From the IMG/VR virus record IMGVR_UViG_3300033064_006579, positions 48,459 to 112,458 of that record: 64,000 bases of DNA, one strand, 5' to 3'. The position numbers and the translations under genes were made by a program. Source of the DNA: a virus. The notes below the pieces were generated by a model. It saw only the letters and a program-made list of their open reading frames with translations. It did not search any database and had not been told where the DNA came from. Shown piece after piece: positions 39,118-47,690 of this stretch (position 1 is its first letter; each line of letters begins with the position of its first letter).

Positions 39118-39505
39118 GTATGCGTACGATAGGCAGTTGCTCCCCCTCTTCCGTGTCTATAAACTCGTCGTGTGTCATCATCACCTCGATGCACTCGAAT
39201 AGGAAGTCGCACCTATACCTCCTAACCTTCGCATCAATGGGTAGAAGGGTGTCGTCCTTGAGCTTCCCTCTCAGCTTGCCCATAGCCGTCTTGATGGAGC
39301 CGTCGTAGTAGTCACCGCTCTCTATCGCTTCGATCATCCTCTCCGCGCCCTTAGAGCCGAGCGCCCTCGCAAGTGCCACATTCGTAATGCTGTAGATTTT
39401 CTTTCCCATCATTATTCTCCTCCCTTCATAATCTTTGGGTATACAAATTCGTAGGTGGCTGGCATCTTTATAATGCGCCACTCGCTGCCCGGAATAGTTT
39501 GCCAT
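39089..39505 (-). CDS. Hypothetical protein
   Basis: 138-aa ORF overlapping the terL start. Confidence 0.5.
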   Translation of the reverse strand: MANYSGQRVAHYKDASHLRICIPKDYEGRRIMMGKKIYSITNVALARALGSKGAERMIEAIESGDYYDGSIKTAMGKLRGKLKDDTLLPIDAKVRRYRCDFLFECIEVMMTHDEFIDTEEGEQLPIVRILAEDVDDDA

Positions 39506-39630
39506 CCATCACTTTCTACCCGCGGAGTCCAGTAGATCTTTTTCAGTCGATCCCCAATGAGTCCTATCAATTCATCATCCTCGTTTAAAAGTCTTTTCAG
39601 CCTATCGATATCCATAGTGCCGTCCTCCAT
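39412..39630 (-). CDS. Hypothetical protein
   Basis: 72-aa ORF, SD GGAGG before MDIDRL. Confidence 0.45.
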   Translation of the reverse strand: MEDGTMDIDRLKRLLNEDDELIGLIGDRLKKIYWTPRVESDGWQTIPGSEWRIIKMPATYEFVYPKIMKGGE

Positions 39631-39945
39631 GATTTAAAAAATAAGAGTAAAAAACAGTTACGATATATTTGGGATGCCCCCAATCCACCCCCGCCCCCCA
39701 CCCTCTGTTTCGAATGTAGGGCGCCCGCCCCTTACCCTGCAATAGTTTGTACCTCACTACCCGCATTGGCTATTGGCTGTCAGCGGATCCAGTGGGGCTG
39801 TGACAGGGCTTGGTTGGCCAATGAATGAAAGGGAATCCCCTCCACCTTCCCTCCTCCCTCTTCCCTACTCCTCCCCTCTTCTCTCTTCCCATCGCTATTC
39901 CTCCCTGCCAACCATCATTATACGCCAACGCCAACACCACGCTCC

Positions 39946-40500
39946 TCATCTCCTCTCTGTCTCCCCCTTAACCTCCATTCTCCTAAAAATAGATTTCTTC
40001 CCCTCCTCCTTTCTGTCTCCCCCCGGCTGCGTAGTCTCCTCAAGCTCTAACGTCACCGTCCTCCTATCCCTCTGCTCTATTGGATCGTACCGTTCCAGCA
40101 ACTCCATCAAATGCTTCCACGGTACTCTTCCCTCATTCACTGCTCTCACTGCGGCTCTAAAGCTCGCCTCTCCTAACTCAGTCCTCAGCAGATCAAATCG
40201 ATAGAGGGGCTCTCCTCTAAGCAGCCTTATCCTCTGCTGCACGAGGGGGACGCTCTGCAAATATCTAACTACCTTATCTGTACCTATCCGCAGAGCGTCG
40301 GCGATCTCAGAGGGAGAATACCCTGCGTGAGTCCTCTGCGCTACCTCCTCCATCTCGGGGGTCAATATAGTAGCATCCTCGAGGGTAGGCCTCCCTGGCC
40401 TCTTCGCTCTACCAGCGACAACCTCCGCTACTCGAGGAGGCTCAATGATGGAGGGGCTGCTCTCTTTTCTCCGCTTGATTTTAGGTCTCTCATCAGCCAT
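39946..40500 (-). CDS. Probable terminase small subunit (HTH)
   Basis: RPGRP and GYSPSEIADALRIG..KVVRYL helix-turn-helix; upstream of terL. Confidence 0.55.
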   Translation of the reverse strand: MADERPKIKRRKESSPSIIEPPRVAEVVAGRAKRPGRPTLEDATILTPEMEEVAQRTHAGYSPSEIADALRIGTDKVVRYLQSVPLVQQRIRLLRGEPLYRFDLLRTELGEASFRAAVRAVNEGRVPWKHLMELLERYDPIEQRDRRTVTLELEETTQPGGDRKEEGKKSIFRRMEVKGETERR

Positions 40501-40637
40501 TTTTATTCCTTTAAAACCCTTTTTATCCTAGGGGGCTGAATTAATTGGCATTTATTTTCCATCTCTTTGAGTATTCCTGATAATTAAGCGGCCATTTTTA
40601 AGTGAGCGAGAGGGAATCTCCTCCCCCTGCACATAGC

Positions 40638-41009
40638 CTACTCCTCCACGAGAAAGAGGCTGTCCTCCTCGAGGTCGAGTAGCACGCCCCGTGAAGGAGT
40701 ATCATCACATTTAATGCAATGTGATATTAATCTCTTCACTTCAATTGCCCTCATCACTCGGCCCCCCACTCCATCCCCCGCTCTCTTTATTAGAATCCTC
40801 AATTCCTCAATATTAGCGCCAAACCCCCTGCAGATATCGGAGAACAGTATTTCACTATCCTGAGAGTCGAGGAATAGCCAATTAAAAGCACTCTGGTATT
40901 CCCCTAAAACCCCCTTCGATTGGCTATCACTGCTCCGACAACCGTAGAGGTAATCGTTTATCGCTCTCTCTACTATCTTAATCCAAATCGTTTCGTTGAA
41001 TGCTGTCAT
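40638..41009 (-). CDS. Hypothetical phage protein
   Basis: W..IV.RAI.DY...SA..WLF....F.DIC pattern. Confidence 0.55.
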   Translation of the reverse strand: MTAFNETIWIKIVERAINDYLYGCRSSDSQSKGVLGEYQSAFNWLFLDSQDSEILFSDICRGFGANIEELRILIKRAGDGVGGRVMRAIEVKRLISHCIKCDDTPSRGVLLDLEEDSLFLVEE

Positions 41010-41061
41010 TTCATTTCATTCTGCGAATCCGTGGTTGGGTGTCCCAGCATAGCCAACGCCA

Positions 41062-41271
41062 TCAATTTCCTCCACCTCTTCTATTTATCTCAGGCAAATG
41101 CACACTTCTTCCAGTAGCACCAGACTGTTTCGTTAAATCATCGTTAGAATGTCCGAGTTTGCATTCTCTATTTATCTCAGCCTCCAACATTTCTATTCGC
41201 TCAATCTGCCAATCGGCGAGGATATCAAACACCATTTCGCCGGAGGTGCCTCTAATTAGAGCCTCGTCCAT
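41062..41271 (-). CDS. Hypothetical protein
   Basis: 69-aa ORF. Confidence 0.4.
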   Translation of the reverse strand: MDEALIRGTSGEMVFDILADWQIERIEMLEAEINRECKLGHSNDDLTKQSGATGRSVHLPEINRRGGGN

Positions 41272-41366
41272 CCATGCAACTCATGCAATTATCGGGGAGC
41301 GGGAACTTCACATCATGTTTACAACTCCAACAACTTTTTTCTGACGACATCTCATATTCCTTTCAA

Positions 41367-41421
41367 GCCGAATGGTTAGATCAGCGGCGCTTTTCGCGTC
41401 GGCTGAATCAACTTGTTATGC
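41367..41421 (-). mobile_element. attC-like site 5 (55 bp)
   Basis: GCATAAC-AAGTTGATTCAGCCGACGCG-AAAA-GCGCCGCTGATCTAACC-ATTCGGC imperfect hairpin. Confidence 0.7.
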
Positions 41422-41422
41422 T

Positions 41423-41644
41423 TTAATTTGCATGCGGCAATGATTCATGTCTAATTACACCACGCCAATTTTGACCTCTACCTTGACCATAAGAAACTGC
41501 GTTTTCATGTTTTACTATTTTGAGATCCAATATGCGTAACACCGCTTCTAATTGCTTAATGTGCTTTCCATTTCAAGATCCCTTGCATAATTCACCAACC
41601 TTACTTCCGCAATGGTGACACTCTACCTTTAAATTCATGCCCAT
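41423..41644 (-). pseudogene. Cassette ORF interrupted by one in-frame TGA (41573-41575)
   Basis: MGMNLKVECHHCGSKVGELCKGS*NGKHIKQLE...HAN; the frame ends just before attC-like site 5. Confidence 0.45.
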
Positions 41645-41658
41645 CAGCATCTCCTGAA

Positions 41659-41781
41659 GCATAATGGTGAAGTGAGCGGTTGCGGGGCCGTGTCACGGGT
41701 ATGGAATTGAACCATATTGAGCACTATTACCCACCAGGGATTCCCGCTAACCCCGCAATCCGCTCGACTGACTTGTTAGAT
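41659..41781 (-). mobile_element. attC-like site 4 (123 bp)
   Basis: ATCTAAC-AAGTCAGTCGAGCGGATTGCGGGG...CCCCGCAACCGCTCACTTCACC-ATTATGC. Confidence 0.7.
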
Positions 41782-41987
41782 TTTATTTTCATTTCAAGAT
41801 CCCTTATTTTCATCTCAAGACCCCTTATTTTGTCTTCATCTCGAATGGCTTCAAGTGTGGCTTCTACAGCATATTTCTGTAAAGCAGCACAATATTGACC
41901 CATATTTATCAGTCCCGGGATTGGCTCATTATTGTGATCCCATCCTAAAGGTGTGCCCCGAAAATCTTCCTTATGTGGTATTTCCAT
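41727..41987 (-). CDS. Cassette-borne hypothetical protein
   Basis: SD AAGGAGG just after site 3; C-terminus reads into site 4. Confidence 0.65.
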   Translation of the reverse strand: MEIPHKEDFRGTPLGWDHNNEPIPGLINMGQYCAALQKYAVEATLEAIRDEDKIRGLEMKIRDLEMKIKSNKSVERIAGLAGIPGG

Positions 41988-42000
41988 AAAACCTCCTTAA

Positions 42001-42058
42001 ACATAATGTTTAGCTGACCTGCCGTTCGTCTCCGGTCGGGTCTGGCGGCTTGTTAGAT
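42001..42058 (-). mobile_element. attC-like site 3 (58 bp)
   Basis: ATCTAAC-AAGCCGCCAGACCCGACCG-GAGACGAA-CGGCAGGTCAGCTAAAC-ATTATGT. Confidence 0.65.
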
Positions 42059-42213
42059 TGCTTAAAGTGCTCGCCTCCACATGGTGGCCTATACGGAAAA
42101 ACAATATACCTTGCCGAGCCACGTTTTAGACATCTCATGCTGGATGGTTCATCTTCGCGTTTATCGAAAACGGTAAACCATATACAATTCTTACAATTCA
42201 TGCTCATCCTCAA
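42010..42213 (-). CDS. Cassette-borne Cys-rich hypothetical protein
   Basis: CKNC..F...C...C pattern; reads into site 3. Confidence 0.6.
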   Translation of the reverse strand: MRMSMNCKNCIWFTVFDKREDEPSSMRCLKRGSARYIVFPYRPPCGGEHFKQSNKPPDPTGDERQVS

Positions 42214-42216
42214 GCA

Positions 42217-42340
42217 GCCTAATGGTTAGATCAGCGGCGGGCTACTGATATGCCCCACAATCAGGGCAGTAGCGATGACCACCAACCTTCATCATACGAT
42301 GATGCGAACATTTACCGTCCGCTGAATCGGCAGGTTGGGG
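42217..42340 (-). mobile_element. attC-like site 2 (124 bp)
   Basis: CCCCAAC-CTGCCGATTCAGCGGACGG...CCGCCGCTGATCTAACC-ATTAGGC. Confidence 0.7.
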
Positions 42341-42489
42341 GCATCAGGCGACAAGATACCCCGGCAAAAAGTTATTGCCTCCCTCGCATCGTCTTGTGCT
42401 TGTTCGTGCTTCATTTCCATAGAACTTTCAAGCTGTTTGATAGTGTCTATTAAAAATCGCTTAACAGCTTCAATATATGGGTTATACAT
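42292..42489 (-). CDS. Cassette-borne hypothetical protein
   Basis: SD GGGAGG overlaps the end of site 1; reads into site 2. Confidence 0.6.
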   Translation of the reverse strand: MYNPYIEAVKRFLIDTIKQLESSMEMKHEQAQDDAREAITFCRGILSPDAPNLPIQRTVNVRIIV

Positions 42490-42496
42490 TTCAGCC

Positions 42497-42615
42497 TCCC
42501 AATGGTTAGATCAGCGGCGGGCTACGCTGAAAAGGCACCCGCAATCACTAAGAGCTTTTTGGCATCCAGTACACAAACCGTCAATAACCTCGTCCGCTGA
42601 ATCGGGTTGTTGGTT
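42497..42615 (-). mobile_element. attC-like site 1 (119 bp)
   Basis: AACCAAC-AACCCGATTCAGCGGACGAG...CCCGCCGCTGATCTAACC-ATTGGGA. Confidence 0.7.
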
Positions 42616-42747
42616 TTCCATTTCGACTACCTTAACTTGGACGTTCATAGTGCACGTTTTTGAAAATAGACACGCCTCCAGGTTCTCTTTGCTCATCCAA
42701 TCTTCGCCGTAATCATCACGCCACTCAATGCTAAATGTTCTTTTCAT
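42511..42747 (-). CDS. Hypothetical protein reading through attC-like site 1
   Basis: Start refined to MKRTFSIEW with SD GGAGG. Confidence 0.6.
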   Translation of the reverse strand: MKRTFSIEWRDDYGEDWMSKENLEACLFSKTCTMNVQVKVVEMENQQPDSADEVIDGLCTGCQKALSDCGCLFSVARR

Positions 42748-42748
42748 T

Positions 42749-42991
42749 TTACCCTCCTTTCCCGCACTTTTTCCAGTACGGTTTCTCCGAAATAAACTTA
42801 AATTTTCCCAACACCCTGGGATGAAACAAAATGAAACAATCCTCACAGAAGACTTTATACAAACTTGGCTTGTTGTCCTGGTAAACAATAGCCCTGCCTG
42901 TGCCATCATAAACACGGCTACGAATCCCCGAGGTGACAATAATCAACCCTCCACAGACCGGACATCTCAACATCTCACTCTCCTTCCCCAC
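42749..42991 (-). CDS. Zinc-ribbon hypothetical protein
   Basis: CPVCGG...CEDC. Confidence 0.55.
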   Translation of the reverse strand: MGKESEMLRCPVCGGLIIVTSGIRSRVYDGTGRAIVYQDNKPSLYKVFCEDCFILFHPRVLGKFKFISEKPYWKKCGKGG

Positions 42992-43439
42992 ACTTGCACC
43001 TGGACGGCTGGCGTCCGAACCAAAGTGCCATTGCTGTACTGAACTCGCTCCAATCTCCGAACCACTCTCTCTTTAGCGGACAAGTTGAGAACCACGCCTC
43101 CCACTCATCCACCGGTTCCGGTTCCGGCTCAGGCTCAGGCTCAGGCTCAACAAAGCCTGCTCCCCAATATCTTTCCTTGTGTTCAGGCTCTGGAGCGGGC
43201 GGGTCGATGATAAGATACCCCTCACTTGTTGGAGAATAATCTATGGTGGCAATGTTCCAACAGTTGGTGACGGTATTCCAAAACTTTTCCCCATATTTGG
43301 GAAAGCCAATCCGCAGCGTCCACCCGCCCTCTCTCACCAACGTGAAAGCCTCATGTAGCATCTGCGGCAAGGTGCGTAGGACTGCCCCTGGGAACCGCTC
43401 TCCTTCCTTATAAATTACATACTTGTCGTCACTCATCAT
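42975..43439 (-). CDS. Hypothetical protein with (EP)n linker
   Basis: 154-aa ORF with SD. Confidence 0.55.
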   Translation of the reverse strand: MMSDDKYVIYKEGERFPGAVLRTLPQMLHEAFTLVREGGWTLRIGFPKYGEKFWNTVTNCWNIATIDYSPTSEGYLIIDPPAPEPEHKERYWGAGFVEPEPEPEPEPEPVDEWEAWFSTCPLKREWFGDWSEFSTAMALWFGRQPSRCKCGEGE

Positions 43440-43465
43440 TTTCTCCTTTCATGGCGCAGGGCCGG

Positions 43466-43837
43466 TTAGTCGTCGTCAAAAACTCGCTGAATCATGTCGC
43501 ATACAATTCCTTGAGCTTCGCGGGTTAACCTCGAAATACAATCCTCCGGGATTTCGCCTTGCGTGTCCCAGACGTGTTCCCACAGGTCGTCCCGGAGCAT
43601 TTCAAAGTTAAAGCCGTCGCAGAAAAACGCATTGCGAATAGAGAGGCAGTCCAGGCAAGTCTTGAAGCGGCTGAAATCGCCGTCCCACATGCCGGAAACA
43701 TGCTCGTATTCTTCTCTTATCCCTATGGTCCGTCCACACTCAGAGCATTTATGTTCCTTTCCCGCCCTTCTGTGTTCGGCAGCATGAAACTCTGCCTGGC
43801 TGTCAACGTCTACGGTAACGCAAGCACAGGATTCCAT
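43466..43837 (-). CDS. Cys-rich phage protein
   Basis: A.KEHKCSECG..I..RE.YE..SG.WDG.F..FKTCLDC. Confidence 0.65.
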   Translation of the reverse strand: MESCACVTVDVDSQAEFHAAEHRRAGKEHKCSECGRTIGIREEYEHVSGMWDGDFSRFKTCLDCLSIRNAFFCDGFNFEMLRDDLWEHVWDTQGEIPEDCISRLTREAQGIVCDMIQRVFDDD

Positions 43838-43857
43838 CTCACTCTCCTTTCATGGCT

Positions 43858-44238
43858 TTAAAGTTCCTTCATCTCAAAGGCAGTCGGGATAACATCGTAG
43901 GTGCACTTATAATCAAAGAAGCCATCATACATCATCCTCTTCCTAACACTTTTGGCGATACTGACTGCTTCGACGCGTCTAACCGGCAGATCATCATTAC
44001 ATCGATTGAATGCCCTGAACATTCTGCGACGCGATATCTCTATCCCCACTTTCTCAATAAACCCACTCTCTCTAAGTTCGCTATCGGAGCAGAGGGAAAA
44101 ACCGCGAGCATAGACCCCACCAATCTCACCAATCGCGACAGTTGCTCGTGGCGTCCCCCTATTACTGAGTAAATGGTAAATGAAAATCCTCATTCCCTTC
44201 GGCTTACTTCTGTCGTGAATTTTAGTCTCCCTACCCAT
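43858..44238 (-). CDS. Hypothetical phage protein
   Basis: ATV...ARG.SLCS..E....F.EKVG..I...R pattern. Confidence 0.6.
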   Translation of the reverse strand: MGRETKIHDRSKPKGMRIFIYHLLSNRGTPRATVAIGEIGGVYARGFSLCSDSELRESGFIEKVGIEISRRRMFRAFNRCNDDLPVRRVEAVSIAKSVRKRMMYDGFFDYKCTYDVIPTAFEMKEL

Positions 44239-44269
44239 AATCCTACCCTCCTTATAGCAAACCCTTAGC

Positions 44270-44323
44270 TTAGAAAGAAAACCTACTGTCGTGGCGATCT
44301 GAACGCTTAGAATTGGTTTTAGG
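44270..44323. repeat. Dispersed repeat, copy C (inverted, diverged)
   Basis: TTAGAAAGAAAACCTACTGTCGTGGCGAT is the exact reverse complement of the core of copies A and B. Confidence 0.85.
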
Positions 44324-44355
44324 CTGTCACCACTTCTAAAATATTCGCCTCAATA

Positions 44356-44431
44356 TGGAGCGGAGAGAAGGAATCGAACCTCCGATACTTCTGGCCGGAA
44401 GCCAGATGCCATACCACTTGGCTATCCCCGC
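44356..44431 (-). tRNA. tRNA-Gly (TCC)
   Basis: GCGGGGA/TCTCCGC acceptor stem, U discriminator, encoded CCA, TCTGG-CTTCCGG-CCAGA anticodon arm, GGTTCGATTCC T-arm. Confidence 0.9.
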
Positions 44432-44479
44432 ACAACTTCATATTCCTCCGAGCCTTTTAAATGGCTAAACAATTGAGGG

Positions 44480-46042
44480 TTAATAACCTTTATCACGATA
44501 CTGGATTCTCTTTACAAATCTATATAATCTGGTTTTATGAAGGACCCACAATAAAAACGTCTTTGGTATATCTTTAACCCAACATTTTAAATATTGCTTT
44601 TTTCTCGTAGATCTCAATATAGCCTTCCAATATAATTTCTGGAATGGTTTCATTGCCCACATACGCTCAAAGGTTGGGGTAGCCCGAAAACGAATGTTCC
44701 ATTTATCCCATAATCTCTCTAAGTCAATATCGTGTTCTGCCATTCGGAAGCGTTCTATTGGATTTAACCTGTTTCCGATCAGCCTTGAGTACTCCGCGAC
44801 GGTAAGCTTTGGGGTGCAATAGTCTTCGTATATCTTGGTACCTGGATATGGGGTGGTGACTCCGAAGATCACGCCGGCACTTGGTTTCAATTCCTTCAGC
44901 AAGTCGTAGGTAAGTTTCAAATCGTCTCTGTTCTCTGAAGGCAAATTCAAAAGCATCGTAGCAAAAGATCGTAGTTTGTGCTTTGAGCACCACCCAAACA
45001 CCTGTCGAATCTGATCGATCGTAATCCCCTTGTTCACAGTGTCCAGTAGCCGTTGCGAACCAGACTCTACCCCAATGTCGAGCTGAATACATCCCGTCTC
45101 CTTCAACCCCCTTATCATTTCTTCGGTTACTATATCTGCCCTCGTCTGACAAGCATATGGCACTTCATCCTGCGGATAATAGTTTGCTTTTTTATCGAAC
45201 CACTCGTCCATCCATTTCTTACTCATTCCAAACATATCATCAAATAGGTAGAAAAAGTCAAGGTGGTGGTGTCTTATCAGATGGGATATTTCTTGTATAA
45301 CATTATCGACTGGTCTTAATCGGCAGGCTTTTCCTTTATTGGCTTGCCAAACAACATTCGCTGCACAAAAATCGCAATCGAAAGGACAACCACGACCAGC
45401 GAACACACATATCATCGAACAATAAATACGTCGGATAATAAGTTTTTGTGGTTTTAGATAATAACTATGCATATTTTCTTCTATTAAATCATAAGCTGAC
45501 ATAGGAAGATTCGTAAGATCCATGAAGTGACGCGGTTCTGTTTTGATAAATTCTCTTTTTTCATCTAAGTAACCTATTCCATTCACCCTGTCAAGGGCAT
45601 CCATGTCGTTTATATCCCACTCATCATACCATTTCCACAATTCCCAGCAAGTCTCCTCCCCTTCACCAATAACAGCGATGTCGAAGGGGCTCTCCGGAAA
45701 TATGAAGTCCTCTGGATTGATTGTCGAATGAGCATTGCCAACAAGCAAAGTAGTATCTGGTTGATGGAATTTGACCATCTGTCCGAGTTCATAAATCATT
45801 GGATAATCAGAATGAAATGCGGCAAGGCCAACAAAGCGTGCTCGATTAGAACCATCGACCAGGGCTGAGGCTATCTTTTGTTTGTGTGCCTTCATATCAG
45901 CAGGCCTGTCGCCCCCCTTCTGATCGATGATCCTAACAGAGCACCCTTTGCCCCTAAGATATGCTGCCAACGACATGAAATAGTAGGGTGGGTGCGGATT
46001 GCGAGCATTTGTAGGGCTCGTTATGAATAGAAAATCAAGCAT
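44480..46042 (-). CDS. B12-binding radical SAM enzyme (class B methyltransferase-like)
   Basis: N-terminal cobalamin-binding domain (GEGE), GRGCPFDCDFC, GVESGSQRLL. Confidence 0.9.
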   Translation of the reverse strand: MLDFLFITSPTNARNPHPPYYFMSLAAYLRGKGCSVRIIDQKGGDRPADMKAHKQKIASALVDGSNRARFVGLAAFHSDYPMIYELGQMVKFHQPDTTLLVGNAHSTINPEDFIFPESPFDIAVIGEGEETCWELWKWYDEWDINDMDALDRVNGIGYLDEKREFIKTEPRHFMDLTNLPMSAYDLIEENMHSYYLKPQKLIIRRIYCSMICVFAGRGCPFDCDFCAANVVWQANKGKACRLRPVDNVIQEISHLIRHHHLDFFYLFDDMFGMSKKWMDEWFDKKANYYPQDEVPYACQTRADIVTEEMIRGLKETGCIQLDIGVESGSQRLLDTVNKGITIDQIRQVFGWCSKHKLRSFATMLLNLPSENRDDLKLTYDLLKELKPSAGVIFGVTTPYPGTKIYEDYCTPKLTVAEYSRLIGNRLNPIERFRMAEHDIDLERLWDKWNIRFRATPTFERMWAMKPFQKLYWKAILRSTRKKQYLKCWVKDIPKTFLLWVLHKTRLYRFVKRIQYRDKGY

Positions 46043-46292
46043 GGCTTATGAAGGAGCGCATAGAAAGTGTTTCTTTTAATTTAGTTACTAAAATATTAAT
46101 TTCTTTCTCTACGATCTTCTTACATCTATCACAAAGTTCACCGTCCCAAATGAGAGTCCTTTTTTTACTCCACGAAGAGTTGGTAAAATAAATCATATCC
46201 GTCGTCCCAACAGGCCTGTCGATCTTCGACGATATCATCCTACCACAAATATCACACTCTACGATTATCCTTCTCATTGATTTCCTCCTCAA
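46035..46292 (-). CDS. Hypothetical protein (CxxC...CxxC)
   Basis: CDICG...LCDRC. Confidence 0.55.
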   Translation of the reverse strand: MRRKSMRRIIVECDICGRMISSKIDRPVGTTDMIYFTNSSWSKKRTLIWDGELCDRCKKIVEKEINILVTKLKETLSMRSFISHA

Positions 46293-46513
46293 TCCACAAA
46301 AACTCGTGCAGAAACGATAATAAGCGCTGCACCATTAATTTCCAAAGTCGCGTAGGTAAGCTCAACATCCATTACGCGATAGCATCTCCTAACATCGTCA
46401 ATCCTATTATCTAAGACAACCAGCGTGCCTTTCTCCGGTACAATATCTATCTCCATTGCTGCAATAAGCTTACCAATCTCGTTATTACTCTTTTTCAAAA
46501 ACGTAACGTGCAT
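46289..46513 (-). CDS. Hypothetical protein
   Basis: Coupled 74-aa ORF. Confidence 0.5.
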   Translation of the reverse strand: MHVTFLKKSNNEIGKLIAAMEIDIVPEKGTLVVLDNRIDDVRRCYRVMDVELTYATLEINGAALIIVSARVFVD

Positions 46514-46514
46514 A

Positions 46515-47264
46515 TTACAGATCCATCTTTGTCAAATCATCTCTAAATTGACAGAGCATCTTTAATTCTTTGGCGTCGATTGAGCACACATGATCGGGGC
46601 CAGGAACTTTTTTATCGTAAGTGAAATGTTTCTCGACAATTTTTGCCCCCAATACCATCGCTACCTTGGCGGCAGTAACGCCAACAGTGTGATCTGAGAA
46701 TCCAAAATCCATTGAAAAAGGATTGTGCCTAAAATTCAAGCGGTCGAGAGGAGTAGGATACTCCGAAACGCAGTATAAAACATGTATATCTTTCTCGTCA
46801 TAGTGAAGATCTCTCGCCATCACTCTCCAGAAATCGCCAGTCGCGATCTTCCCACTTGTTACCAAACCATTACTCACCAATATCGGTTTATTGATATCTT
46901 CGAAAAGACGGAGATAATCCTCGTCGGCAATACTCCTACTTGCTATTTTATGTCTCTCGACATTCATGCTCTCAAGCCAATTAAGACGTTTCTCGTCAAA
47001 AGCGCTGGCCATGAACTCTATCCCGACATCGTCGCAATGACATTTCAATTCAAATGTCTGATCATAAGTTAATTGAGCATCAAGTATGCAAGCCCAGTCT
47101 TCGGGACTGAAATCAGTAGGGTGCAATAACTTTTTAGGATCATAGAGTTGAAATTTAACGACATCAGCACCACAGATCTTCGCAGATTCACTCAATTTCT
47201 TGGCAATGAGCATATCGCCCTGGTGGTTGATTCCGATTTCCGCGATAATTTCACATCTTTGCAT
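46515..47264 (-). CDS. neuB: Nonulosonic acid synthase (NeuB/PseI family), lacking the C-terminal SAF domain
   Basis: IIAEIGINHQGD, GADVVKFQ, KIAS, CVSEYP, GFSDHT, EKHFT and GPDH motifs. Confidence 0.9.
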   Translation of the reverse strand: MQRCEIIAEIGINHQGDMLIAKKLSESAKICGADVVKFQLYDPKKLLHPTDFSPEDWACILDAQLTYDQTFELKCHCDDVGIEFMASAFDEKRLNWLESMNVERHKIASRSIADEDYLRLFEDINKPILVSNGLVTSGKIATGDFWRVMARDLHYDEKDIHVLYCVSEYPTPLDRLNFRHNPFSMDFGFSDHTVGVTAAKVAMVLGAKIVEKHFTYDKKVPGPDHVCSIDAKELKMLCQFRDDLTKMDL

Positions 47265-47412
47265 TTTGTTCTGCCTCCGGGCACACAACGGCTAAACCAA
47301 TAAACAATACGGCTCCGTATATCAAGGCCATTATAATCGCATCGATGCCAAATATAAGGCCCATCATCGCCAGCCCGCCAAATAAATTAAATATCCATAT
47401 TACTTTTGCCAT
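47251..47412 (-). CDS. Small membrane protein, copy 2 (53 aa)
   Basis: Own translation MAKVIWIFNLFGGLAMMGLIFGIDAIIMALIYGAVLFIGLAVVCPEAEQNAKM. Confidence 0.55.
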   Translation of the reverse strand: MAKVIWIFNLFGGLAMMGLIFGIDAIIMALIYGAVLFIGLAVVCPEAEQNAKM

Positions 47413-47504
47413 CTACTTTATCCCTTATTTTAAAGGTTAATCGCATTTTACCCTATCCATTGTGATACAAGCGTCAACAAAGAAATCGTCTGGACGCGCG
47501 GATT

Positions 47505-47666
47505 TCACATCTTTGCATTTCGTTTTGCCTCCGGGCATTCAACAGTGCCATATAGAGCTAAACCAACCAACAATATTAAAGACATTATCAACGCGTCGAG
47601 GTGGAGGATAAGGGCCAACATGAGCAGCCCGCCAAATAAATTAAATATCCATATTACTTTTGCCAT
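47505..47666 (-). CDS. Small membrane protein, copy 1 (53 aa)
   Basis: Own translation MAKVIWIFNLFGGLLMLALILHLDALIMSLILLVGLALYGTVECPEAKRNAKM. Confidence 0.55.
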   Translation of the reverse strand: MAKVIWIFNLFGGLLMLALILHLDALIMSLILLVGLALYGTVECPEAKRNAKM

Positions 47667-47690
47667 CTACTTTATCCCTTATTTTAAAGG

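Noticed and set aside
41367-42615. CRISPR array
   Set aside because: The repeats are degenerate hairpins of unequal length separated by whole ORFs, not identical repeats with 30-40 bp spacers; no cas genes
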